Origin: an uncultured Actinomycetes bacterium
Lineage (GTDB): Bacteria; Actinomycetota; UBA4738; HRBIN12
Reading direction: 5' to 3'
Length of the DNA: 64,000 nucleotides
Assembly (NCBI GenBank): GCA_963792215.1
Contig: CAWBVL010000007.1
Location: 325,044 to 389,043 of the forward strand
Every line of letters begins with the position of its first letter. Position 1 is the first letter of the stretch. This document shows, in pieces, positions 10,629 through 18,803 of the stretch. The notes under the pieces are model-generated. The model made no database searches and was not told where the DNA came from. It was given only the letters and a program-made list of their open reading frames with translations. The position numbers and the translations under genes were made by a program.

Positions 10629-12278
10629 CTAGGTGGTCTTCATGACCCCCTTCACGACATCCACCTTCGCACTGTCGCCGGCCGACCGAGCGATAAGCTT
10701 GAGCGAGCGCGATGCTCCATGGTGCGTCGTCTTGTTCGCCGAGATGGTGATCACGACGGTCCGCTGGCCGCCGGCCGGCACCGTCACCCAGTACGTTCCC
10801 GACGCGACGGTGGTCTTGATGCTATGGCCACCGGTCGCGTAGCTGATCGAGAAGCCGCCTCCAGAGGCGGACCCTCTCAGGAAGAACGAGTCGGTAACGT
10901 GGGCGTCGTTCTGCAGGTGGACGAAGAGGTGCTTCGTCCCGCCGGGCGCCATCTTGACGGTCCTGGCCTGGTTTGCCCCGGACATGTTGTAGATGCCATT
11001 GCCCGCGTAGCCGGCGCTCGCGTGCTTCGAGATCAGCAGGTCGGGCCGGTACTTAGGCGGGCTCCCTCCCGTCAGCGATTGCACCGTGATCGGGATGTGC
11101 CGATCGGTCTTGGTGCCGTCGCCGAGCTGCCCCCCGGTGCTGTCGATCGGCGCGAGGTTGTGCACACCGTGGTTCGCACCGAAGCACTTCACCGCGCCGG
11201 CGGTGGTCACCAGACAGGTCATGCCCGTCTTCTGGTAGCCACCGGCCGAGATCTGTTTGACGCCGGAGCCCGACCGGTACACGTGCACGGGCGAGCTACT
11301 GGCCTTGGTCTTCCCGTTCCCCAGCTCGCCGGATTCGTTCGCACCCCAGCACATAGCCGCACCGCCGGTCGTGACCGCGCAGGTGTGATTGAAGCCTGCG
11401 GAGATCGACTTCGCCGAAAGGCCGGTCACCGTCACCGGGTGGGTGCTGTCAATGGTCGTCCCATTACCGAGCTCGCCCGTGGTGTTGTTCCCCCAGCACT
11501 TCACCGCGCCGCCGGTCAACAGGGCGCAGGTGTGATCGAACCCGGCCGAGACGGCGGTCGCAGTGCCGCCGAGGCCGGTGACGTCGGTCGGGACCAGTCT
11601 GTCGCTCTTGGCGCCATCGCCGATCTCGCCGTGCTTCCCCTGGCCCCAGCACTTGACGCCACCGCCGGTCGTGACAGCACACGTGTGGTCCCAGCCGGCC
11701 GAGATCTGCGTGATGCCGCTCAGCCCGGTGTCAACCGGCGTCCGATGCGATTGCCTATCGCCGGTGCCGAGCTGTCCGTTGCCGTTATATCCCCAACACC
11801 AGACCGTGCCCGCGTTCTTGAGCGCGCAGCCGGAGTCGAAACCGAGGGAAACCTGCGCAACGCCGCTGGTCAGACCAACAACCTGGACAGGCGTCACCCG
11901 CTTGATCAGCGACCCGTCGCCGAGCTCGCCGTCGCCGTTGTGACCCCAGCACTTCACGGCGCCGCCGGTCGTCACGGCGCAGGAGTGATCCCAGACCGCC
12001 TGCACGTCCTTCACGCCAGCCTTCAGGCCCTTCACCGTGGTCGGCTTGAGCCGGTCGATCTTGGTGCCGTCGCCGACCATGCCGACGGCGTTGAAGCCCC
12101 AGCATCTCGCGACACCCGCCGTCGTGCGCACGCACGCGTGCACCGCTCCGGCAGAGACCGAGGAAACGTTGGTGGCTTGCGCGGCAGGCGCCGCGAAAAC
12201 AAGTGCGCCGGCTACCAAGCCGACGGCGGTGATGATGCGGGTCGTATGTGACCCGATCCGGGGGGTGGTGTGACGCAT
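10629..12278 (-). CDS. Secreted RCC1-repeat (7-blade beta-propeller) protein with C-terminal beta-sandwich-like domain
   Basis: Signal peptide ending AAQA. Seven C[WF]G[FHYQNA]N.G.LG repeats. ATG at 12278 follows GGAGGA. Confidence 0.8.
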   Translation of the reverse strand: MRHTTPRIGSHTTRIITAVGLVAGALVFAAPAAQATNVSSVSAGAVHACVRTTAGVARCWGFNAVGMVGDGTKIDRLKPTTVKGLKAGVKDVQAVWDHSCAVTTGGAVKCWGHNGDGELGDGSLIKRVTPVQVVGLTSGVAQVSLGFDSGCALKNAGTVWCWGYNGNGQLGTGDRQSHRTPVDTGLSGITQISAGWDHTCAVTTGGGVKCWGQGKHGEIGDGAKSDRLVPTDVTGLGGTATAVSAGFDHTCALLTGGAVKCWGNNTTGELGNGTTIDSTHPVTVTGLSAKSISAGFNHTCAVTTGGAAMCWGANESGELGNGKTKASSSPVHVYRSGSGVKQISAGGYQKTGMTCLVTTAGAVKCFGANHGVHNLAPIDSTGGQLGDGTKTDRHIPITVQSLTGGSPPKYRPDLLISKHASAGYAGNGIYNMSGANQARTVKMAPGGTKHLFVHLQNDAHVTDSFFLRGSASGGGFSISYATGGHSIKTTVASGTYWVTVPAGGQRTVVITISANKTTHHGASRSLKLIARSAGDSAKVDVVKGVMKTT

Positions 12279-12456
12279 GATGCGTGTTCCTCCTCTTCGT
12301 ATGTTCCGAGTCTGGCGACCCGAGGACTGCTGCTCCTGTACCCGCGTCGCGTGGAGCCACACCCTAGCTGCGAGATTCACGAAGGGACAAGGGCAGCCGA
12401 CTGGGTCGGGCCGGACGCCTTAGGACCAAAGCCGGGGTCGTCCTGCAGGGGAACCG

Positions 12457-13761
12457 ATGGACGCGCGGGGCGGTCACTCGCTCAGGCCCATGGCTAGCCT
12501 GACATCGATGACTGCGCGCGCGACGGTGCGACGGCGACCGCTCGCGTTCGGGGCGATGCTCGCGATCCTCGTCGTGGGCGGCGCGCTCGCGCTCGTCCGC
12601 ACGGATCGAGGCGAAGCCGCGCATCCCGCCTCGAGCGCGGCGCCCCCCTCGCTCGCCGCACCGAGCCAGCCCGCCGCGAGCACCGCCGACGAGTCGGCGC
12701 AGATGCCGGGCACATGGCTCGCGTGGATCACCGGCTCCTTACCGCCGGACGTCTCGACGAAGGCTGCGGCGACCTCGGCGCTGGGCACGACGGTGGTCGT
12801 CGCCGGCGATACCCGGTGGATGACCGCCTCGCACGACGACACGGGCTCGCTGGTGGACCGGCCGATGCCGCCGTACGAGATCCCGATCGACGCGTTCTCG
12901 GTCGACCCGCCGAGCTACGCGCCGTTCATCCCGCCGAACATGCGCGACGAGGTCACGTCCGCGCTCCGATCGGGTAAGGCGGTGCTCGGGACGTCGAGCG
13001 CGCAGCTCCGCCGCCTCGATGTCGGCGGCTCGATGACGTTCGGCTCGCGAACCGTGACGATCGGCGCGGTGGTGCCGGATGCCGTCGCCGGATGGAGCGA
13101 GATGCTGGTGTCGCGCGCGGTCGGGAAGTCGCTCGGGATCGTCGACGACCGCTACCTGCTCGCCCTGCCGCCGGGGCAGATGACGATGCAGCGGTTCGCC
13201 TCGACCATGCAGCGGATGATCCCGAACACGGCGATCCGCATGATGCCGCCGGGTGGGTCCACCTATATGCGGATCGCGTCGGGCGTGAACCCGCCCATCG
13301 TGATGAAGGAGATGTTCGGCGAGTTCTCCGCGTATCCGCAGAGCGCCGACCCCGCATACCTCAACGTCGATCCGGCCTGGTACGACGCGAACATCGCCAC
13401 GCGGACCGTCCCGATCCTCGGGCAGGTGACGTGCAACCGCCGCCTGTTCCCGATGCTGATCGGCGCGCTCACCGAGGTGGACCACGCCGGGCTCGGGAAC
13501 GAACTCCAGGTCTACTCTGGCTGCTACGCGGCGCGGACGGTGGCACGGAGCCCCACCGCACCCCCGTCGCAGCATGCGTACGGGGCCGCGATCGACATCA
13601 ACGCGCCCCAGAACCCGTACGGCGCACAGCCGACGATGGACCCGCGCATCGTGAAGATCTTCGAGCGCTGGGGCTTCATCTGGGGCGGGAAGTTCCTGAC
13701 GCCCGACGGGATGCACTTCGAGTACGGGTCCAGGCCGACGGCAAGCACAACCGGCGGATAG
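12457..13761 (+). CDS. Membrane-anchored M15-family (VanY/Peptidase_M15_4-like) zinc peptidase
   Basis: N-terminal TM. C-terminal SQHAYGAAID (H-x6-D) and WGGKFLTPDGMHFEY metal-ligand motifs. Start uncertain among Met codons at 12457-12510. Confidence 0.8.
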   Translation: MDARGGHSLRPMASLTSMTARATVRRRPLAFGAMLAILVVGGALALVRTDRGEAAHPASSAAPPSLAAPSQPAASTADESAQMPGTWLAWITGSLPPDVSTKAAATSALGTTVVVAGDTRWMTASHDDTGSLVDRPMPPYEIPIDAFSVDPPSYAPFIPPNMRDEVTSALRSGKAVLGTSSAQLRRLDVGGSMTFGSRTVTIGAVVPDAVAGWSEMLVSRAVGKSLGIVDDRYLLALPPGQMTMQRFASTMQRMIPNTAIRMMPPGGSTYMRIASGVNPPIVMKEMFGEFSAYPQSADPAYLNVDPAWYDANIATRTVPILGQVTCNRRLFPMLIGALTEVDHAGLGNELQVYSGCYAARTVARSPTAPPSQHAYGAAIDINAPQNPYGAQPTMDPRIVKIFERWGFIWGGKFLTPDGMHFEYGSRPTASTTGG

Positions 13762-13793
13762 CCCGTGTCCGAGGCTGGCGGTAGTCTCGCCCG

Positions 13794-14057
13794 ATGGCGG
13801 TGGTGACGCTCCGAGCCCCGTTGAAGGACCTCGCCGGGGGCAACCGCGACCTCGAGATCGCCGGCGACACGGTTGGCGACGTGCTCCGTACGCTCGAGTC
13901 GGCGTGGCCCAAGACCACCGGCTGGATCTTGGACGAGCACGGCGCCGTGCGTCGCCACGTGAACGTGTTCCGCAACGGTGAACGCGTCGACGCCGCGACC
14001 GCGCTCGACGCGAACGATCATCTCCAGGTGCTTCCGTCGATCACAGGGGGAACGTGA
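13794..14057 (+). CDS. MoaD/ThiS-family ubiquitin-like protein ending in GG-Thr
   Basis: 87 aa, beta-grasp-like pattern. C-terminus LPSITGGT, read directly from the codons. Confidence 0.8.
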   Translation: MAVVTLRAPLKDLAGGNRDLEIAGDTVGDVLRTLESAWPKTTGWILDEHGAVRRHVNVFRNGERVDAATALDANDHLQVLPSITGGT

Positions 14058-15118
14058 TGCCCGAACTGCTGGTGGGAACCAAGAAGGGTCTGTTCGTGTT
14101 GGCCGGCGACCGCCCCGACTCGTACCGGATCGCCACGCGCGCCTTCGCCGGCGACGTCGTCGAGTACGCGATCCGCGACCGGCGCACAAGGCGGTACTTC
14201 GCCTCGGTCACCTCCGGGTTCTACGGACCGCGGCTGATGTTCACCGACGACCCCGCGGGCGAGTGGCAGCAGGCGTCCGGCATCGCGTTCGCAGAGGGCG
14301 ACGACGTGTCGCTCGAGCGCATCTGGAAGGTCAAGGAGGGTGAGGCCGACGGCCAGTTGTGGGCCGGCACCGACCCCGCCGCGCTCTGGGAATCCCGCGA
14401 CGGCGGCGAGACATGGTCGCGCAACGAAGCGCTCTGGAAGGAGCGGATCGCGGGCGACTGGCAGCCCGGGCTCGGCGGCCTCGCGCTGCACTCGATCTGC
14501 CCGTGGCCCGGCGATCCGATGAAGCTCGCGATCGCGATCTCCGCCGCCGGCGTGTGGATCACCGACGACGGCGGCGAGTCCTGGCGCACCGGCTACACCG
14601 GGTTGGTGCCCGAGTACATGCCGGAAGAGTCCCGCGCCGATACGAACGTGCTCTGCGTCCACAACATGCATCGCGCGCCGGCGAAGCCCGAGCGGCTGTT
14701 CATGCAGTTCCACGGCGGCGTGTACCGCAGCGACGACCAAGGCGAAACGTGGAACGACATCCACGACGGGCTCCCTTCGCCATTCGGATTCCCGTTGGTG
14801 ACCGACCCTGCGGACCCCGACAGCGCGTTCCTGATCCCGATGACGGGGGCCGAAGATCGCGTCGTGCCGGGAGGGTCGCTCGGCGTATTCGGCACCCGCG
14901 ACGCGGGCACGACCTGGTCGCCACAGGGCGACGGCCTCCCGACCGACGCGTACGTGACGATCCTGCGTCAGGCGCTGGACCGGGACGGTGAGGGCGACGG
15001 GATGGGGCTGTTCTTCGGCGCCACGTCCGGCGAGGTCTTCGGCTCTGCCGACGCCGGGCGCTCCTGGTTCACGGTCGCGCCGCGGCTGGCGCCCGTGACG
15101 AGCGTGCGGGTCGCGTGA
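14054..15118 (+). CDS. Cytoplasmic BNR/Asp-box beta-propeller protein (sialidase-like fold, no signal peptide)
   Basis: Five Asp-boxes (SRDGGETW, TDDGGESW, SDDQGETW, TRDAGTTW, SADAGRSW). Its start overlaps the MoaD-like stop (GTGATG). Confidence 0.8.
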   Translation: MMPELLVGTKKGLFVLAGDRPDSYRIATRAFAGDVVEYAIRDRRTRRYFASVTSGFYGPRLMFTDDPAGEWQQASGIAFAEGDDVSLERIWKVKEGEADGQLWAGTDPAALWESRDGGETWSRNEALWKERIAGDWQPGLGGLALHSICPWPGDPMKLAIAISAAGVWITDDGGESWRTGYTGLVPEYMPEESRADTNVLCVHNMHRAPAKPERLFMQFHGGVYRSDDQGETWNDIHDGLPSPFGFPLVTDPADPDSAFLIPMTGAEDRVVPGGSLGVFGTRDAGTTWSPQGDGLPTDAYVTILRQALDRDGEGDGMGLFFGATSGEVFGSADAGRSWFTVAPRLAPVTSVRVA

Positions 15119-15168
15119 CCGCGAGGAGCGATTACCCCGTGTCAGACCACCGTCCTATGGTGGTCGGT

Positions 15169-15417
15169 ATGGGAGAAGTCGTCTCGCTGGAGAACTACCG
15201 CGACCAGGTGCTCGCGCCGCGCGAGATGCTCAGCCGCCTCGACGATGCGGTCGCGAAGCTCGATCCCCTCGTACGCGCACACGCCTCAGCCATCTCGCCG
15301 ACGGTAGAGCGTGAGCTCCGCGCGATCGCGATCGCGGTCAACGCCGGCCGTCCGCGCCAGGCGGCGCGCCGCGCCGAGCGGCTCGCCGGGCTCCTCCAGC
15401 ACCCCGCTTCGGGCTGA
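15169..15417 (+). CDS. Small helical hypothetical protein
   Basis: Strong G/C third-position bias in this frame. No recognisable motif. Confidence 0.45.
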   Translation: MGEVVSLENYRDQVLAPREMLSRLDDAVAKLDPLVRAHASAISPTVERELRAIAIAVNAGRPRQAARRAERLAGLLQHPASG

Positions 15418-15463
15418 TCGCTCCCGGCCGGAGCGCAGGGCCGCCGTAGACTCGCCGACTGAC

Positions 15464-16693
15464 ATGGATGCGCTGGAACGGCGCGCGCTCATCCGCGGCC
15501 TGGTGACGTTCGTCGCGGTGGCGTTGATCGGGTCGACCATCGTGTGGCTCGGCGGCCGCACCGACGCGGGCTCCTCGCCTCCATCCTCTTCCGCAGGCCC
15601 TTCGACCAGCGCATCGGTTCCCGTCCCGACGCCCGAGGCCTGGCTCGCCTGGGTGCCGGGTGGCCTGCCGGCGGGCTTCGGCGACCTCGTGAGCACCGTC
15701 CCCGACGTCACCCAGGCAACCACCGCGACCGCCGACATCGCGTGGATAACGGCCTCGCTCGACGCGAACGGCGACGGCGTGGATCAACCCCAGCCGCCGG
15801 ACATGATCCCGATGGACACGACGGGCGTGGATCCGACGTTCGCGGGGTTCCTGCCCGAGCCCGAGCGTCAGCTCGTGCAGAACCTCCAGCCCGGCCAAGG
15901 GATCTTGTCCGAGTCCGAAGCCAACCTCCGAGGCCTCGGGACCGGCGCGACGCTCCTGTTCCACGGCGACCAACAGGTGGACATCGTCGGCACCCTGCCC
16001 GACGCGCTGATGGGTGCCTACGAGCTGCTGGTTCCGCGTGCGACCGGCCTGAAGATCGGCGTCACGACCGAGCGCTACGTCCTGTTCCACGTCAAGCCCA
16101 ACGCGACGGTCACCGTGAACGATCTGATCCCGGCCTTCCGCGACCTGCTTCCCGTCCAGACGGCATTTCCAGCCGTCGAGGTCCGCGCGCCGGGTGACAC
16201 GCAGTATCTACGAGCCAACGACCGAGTGATGCCGCCCCTGTACCTCAAGGAGACGTTCGGCGAGTTCGAGGCGCACCCCGACAACAGCAAGCCCGGTCAC
16301 ATCGCCATCGAGCAGAGATGGATCCAGGACCACATCGTGTCGGCCACGATCCCCGTCCTCGGGACGATCGTCTGCAACGCCGACATCGTGCCCCTGTTGA
16401 AGCACGCCATGCATGCGATCTCCACGGCCGGCCAGGCGTCGTCGATCACCGACGTCGGAGAATGCTTCGACGCTGTGTCGACGCCACACGACCCCTCCGG
16501 TCCGCTCACACCGGCCGACTGGGGCGTCTCGATCCAACTGAACCCTTCATCCAACCCGCCGGGCGAGCAACCGACGATGCCGAAGTCGGTCATCCAAGAG
16601 ATGTACAAGGTCGGGTTCGGCTGGGCGGGCAACGATGCGTATCCGCAGGGATCGTTGTTCCGGTATCGGACCGTCAGCGCGGCGCGCGACTAG
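15464..16693 (+). CDS. Degenerate (catalytically dead) paralog of the M15 peptidase at 12457
   Basis: Same TM/linker/middle-domain/C-domain layout and many shared blocks (WLAW, ETFGEFEAHP vs EMFGEFSAYP, GEQPTM vs GAQPTM). All three metal-ligand positions are replaced. Confidence 0.75.
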   Translation: MDALERRALIRGLVTFVAVALIGSTIVWLGGRTDAGSSPPSSSAGPSTSASVPVPTPEAWLAWVPGGLPAGFGDLVSTVPDVTQATTATADIAWITASLDANGDGVDQPQPPDMIPMDTTGVDPTFAGFLPEPERQLVQNLQPGQGILSESEANLRGLGTGATLLFHGDQQVDIVGTLPDALMGAYELLVPRATGLKIGVTTERYVLFHVKPNATVTVNDLIPAFRDLLPVQTAFPAVEVRAPGDTQYLRANDRVMPPLYLKETFGEFEAHPDNSKPGHIAIEQRWIQDHIVSATIPVLGTIVCNADIVPLLKHAMHAISTAGQASSITDVGECFDAVSTPHDPSGPLTPADWGVSIQLNPSSNPPGEQPTMPKSVIQEMYKVGFGWAGNDAYPQGSLFRYRTVSAARD

Positions 16694-16734
16694 CGCGGCA
16701 CGTTCTGAACGCGTTGCCGGAGAACCGACACAGA

Positions 16735-16854
16735 GCGAGGGGAGCAGGTATCAAGCGCTGGTCCGCACGTGTCCCTGGAGCCGGGTTCGTACGCCCCGGG
16801 TCCTGGGACATGCCTCCCGCGGCATGACTCGCGCGTGGGTTCTGCTCCCCTCGC
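16735..16854. repeat. Nested inverted-repeat element in a convergent intergenic region
   Basis: Perfect 13-bp arms GCGAGGGGAGCAG (16735-16747) and CTGCTCCCCTCGC (16842-16854). They enclose a 15-bp imperfect hairpin (16771-16809) and a 5-6 bp hairpin (16809-16826). Confidence 0.4.
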
Positions 16855-16924
16855 GGGCGCCTCTCGGCATCCCACCCGACGCTACACCCGAACCGTCGGA
16901 CGCGCTACCCCTGCCGCGCGACGA

Positions 16925-17728
16925 TCACGCGACGGCGCGTCGTTCACGCGCGCGCAGCGACACCCACACAAGCACACCGGCGACCGCTGCGGCGCCGACC
17001 GCGGCCGCCGCGACACCCGCGCGCTTCGGCGGCACGGCGTCTGCGATGCGTGAGCGCAACCGCACGGGGTTGCGGAAGTTGCGGATCTCCCACTCGCGAG
17101 CCTCGGCGATGTGCCGGAGGTCGCGATCGGGATTGACCGCGACGGGATGGCCGACGGCCTTGAGCATCGGCACGTCGGTCACGGAGTCGGAGTACGCGAA
17201 CGACCCCTCGAGGTTGATGCGCTGACGGCGTGCGAGCGACCGGATCGCGTCGGCCTTCTGCTCGCCGTAGGCGTAGAACTCGAGCTCGCCCGTGTAGCGA
17301 TTGTCGGGACCGACCGCCGCGCGCGTCGCGATCACGCCCGACACGCCGAAGTGCGCCGCGAGTGGGCGCACGACCTCTTCGGGCGACGACGACACGATGT
17401 AGATGCGCCGCCCCGCCGCCTGATGCTCGGCGATGAGGTCGAGCGCCTCTTGGTACACGAACGGGTCGATCACCTCGAGTATCACGTCGTGGACGAGCCG
17501 CTCGACCTGCGTGCGATCCCAGCCCTTCGTCAGCTGGAGCATGCCCTCTTTGAGCTTCTCCATCCGCGACTCGTCGGCGCCGATCAGCAGGTAGACGAGC
17601 TGGGCGTAGGCGCCGCGCATGAGCTGGCCGCGCGAGACCATGCCGGCTCGGTACAACGGCCGCCCGAGGGCGAGCGAGGACGACCGGCTTATGATCGTCT
17701 TGTCGAGGTCGAAGAACGCGGCTTCCAT
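16925..17728 (-). CDS. HAD-IB family hydrolase (SerB-like) with C-terminal TM tail
   Basis: Motif I FFDLDKT, motif IVSSSP, motif YSDSVTDVPML. ATG at 17728 (alternative GTG at 17749). Confidence 0.8.
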   Translation of the reverse strand: MEAAFFDLDKTIISRSSSLALGRPLYRAGMVSRGQLMRGAYAQLVYLLIGADESRMEKLKEGMLQLTKGWDRTQVERLVHDVILEVIDPFVYQEALDLIAEHQAAGRRIYIVSSSPEEVVRPLAAHFGVSGVIATRAAVGPDNRYTGELEFYAYGEQKADAIRSLARRQRINLEGSFAYSDSVTDVPMLKAVGHPVAVNPDRDLRHIAEAREWEIRNFRNPVRLRSRIADAVPPKRAGVAAAAVGAAAVAGVLVWVSLRARERRAVA

Positions 17729-17845
17729 CGTCGTCCAATCGTAGGTCACGTATCCGACGGGACCGAGAACGTCATCGGTCGGTTCGGCCGCGACCCTGAC
17801 CCGGCGGTTCGGCCGCCTCCCCGGCGCCCCGGTAGCCTTGGCGCC

Positions 17846-17938
17846 GGAGGCGTCAGGGTTCCTGGTGGGCCTCGCGGTCTTCAAAACCGTTGAGGGGGCG
17901 ACGAGCTCCCTGGCGGGTTCGATTCCCGTCCGCCTCCG
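17846..17938 (+). tRNA. selC: tRNA-Sec (anticodon UCA)
   Basis: Hand-folded. Acceptor GGAGGCG/CGCCTCC, 6-bp D stem, anticodon loop CTTCAAA (TCA at 17881-17883). Long variable arm (7-bp stem, 5-nt loop), T loop TTCGATT, discriminator G. CCA is not encoded. Confidence 0.85.
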
Positions 17939-17999
17939 CTCTCGCGTGGTCCGCTCCAGGGGCTGCGCGCTCGCCTGGAACGACCTACGCTTCGGGCCG

Positions 18000-18803
18000 A
18001 TGTCGACTGCCGAAGAAGAGTGGAAGGCCCTCCTGAGCGGGGAATTCGGGGAGACTCGCCACAAGAGTCCCTTGCGCCTCATCCCGTCGAACCCCCGCTG
18101 CAAACTCTGCAAAGCGCCGTTCCGCGCGCCGGGGAACCTGCTCCTGCGGCCGTTCGGCTTCAAGCCCTGGCCGAAGAACCCCAACATCTGCGGCCGCTGC
18201 TTCACGGAGATGGACAGGCACGCGAAGCGGTGCCCCTCGCCGCTCGACGATAAGGCGGTCGCGGGTGCCGAGGTCGAACTCTCGATGTTGTTCGCTGACG
18301 TGCGCGGCTCGAGCAAGATCGCGCGACAGATGTCCGTCACGGAGTTCACGCGCTTGATGAGCCGCTTCTATGACGTCTCCAAGAGGGTGCTCTTCGAGGC
18401 CGATGCGATCCTGGAGAAGTTCGTCGGCGACGAGGTCGTCGCACTCTTCCTGCCGTTCTTGACCGGCCCCGACCACGCGGGCGTCGCGCTGCAGGCGGCG
18501 CAGGACCTGCTCCGCGCGACCGGACACGGCGATCCGAACGGACCGTGGGCGCCGCTCGGCGCCGCGGTCCACACCGGCACAGCGTTCGTCGGGATCGTCG
18601 GCTCGAGAGGCTCGAGCGATTTCACCGCCTTGGGCGACCCGATGAACTTGACCGCTCACCTCGCGTCGCAGGCGGCGATCGGCGAGATCTTGGTGACCGA
18701 GGCGGCGATGCGTTCCGCGGGACAACCCCTCGACCGCCTGGAGCACCGGCACCTGTCGCTGAAGGGGTATCCGACGGACGCGGTCGTCTACCAGGTGTCG
18801 TGA
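18000..18803 (+). CDS. Class III adenylate/guanylate cyclase with N-terminal zinc-ribbon
   Basis: CKLCK...CGRC ribbon, then the cyclase core LSMLFADVRGSS...KFVGDEVVALF...GDPMNLTAHL. I chose ATG at 18000 because the upstream ORF part overlaps tRNA-Sec. Confidence 0.8.
   Translation: MSTAEEEWKALLSGEFGETRHKSPLRLIPSNPRCKLCKAPFRAPGNLLLRPFGFKPWPKNPNICGRCFTEMDRHAKRCPSPLDDKAVAGAEVELSMLFADVRGSSKIARQMSVTEFTRLMSRFYDVSKRVLFEADAILEKFVGDEVVALFLPFLTGPDHAGVALQAAQDLLRATGHGDPNGPWAPLGAAVHTGTAFVGIVGSRGSSDFTALGDPMNLTAHLASQAAIGEILVTEAAMRSAGQPLDRLEHRHLSLKGYPTDAVVYQVS

Noticed and set aside
12457-16693. Whether the two M15-type genes are a recent tandem DNA duplication or repeat.
   Set aside because: Nucleotide similarity is only patchy (short blocks such as ttcggcgagttc). 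They are old diverged paralogs, not a DNA repeat.
17838-17999. The N-terminal 54 codons of the cyclase ORF (TTG start at 17838).
   Set aside because: This stretch is the tRNA-Sec gene read as protein. The cyclase homology begins after ATG 18000.
17729-18349. A 207-aa N-terminal extension of the HAD hydrolase ORF.
   Set aside because: It has low-complexity Arg/Ser/Pro composition and runs antisense across tRNA-Sec and the cyclase start. HAD motif I sits right after Met at 17728.
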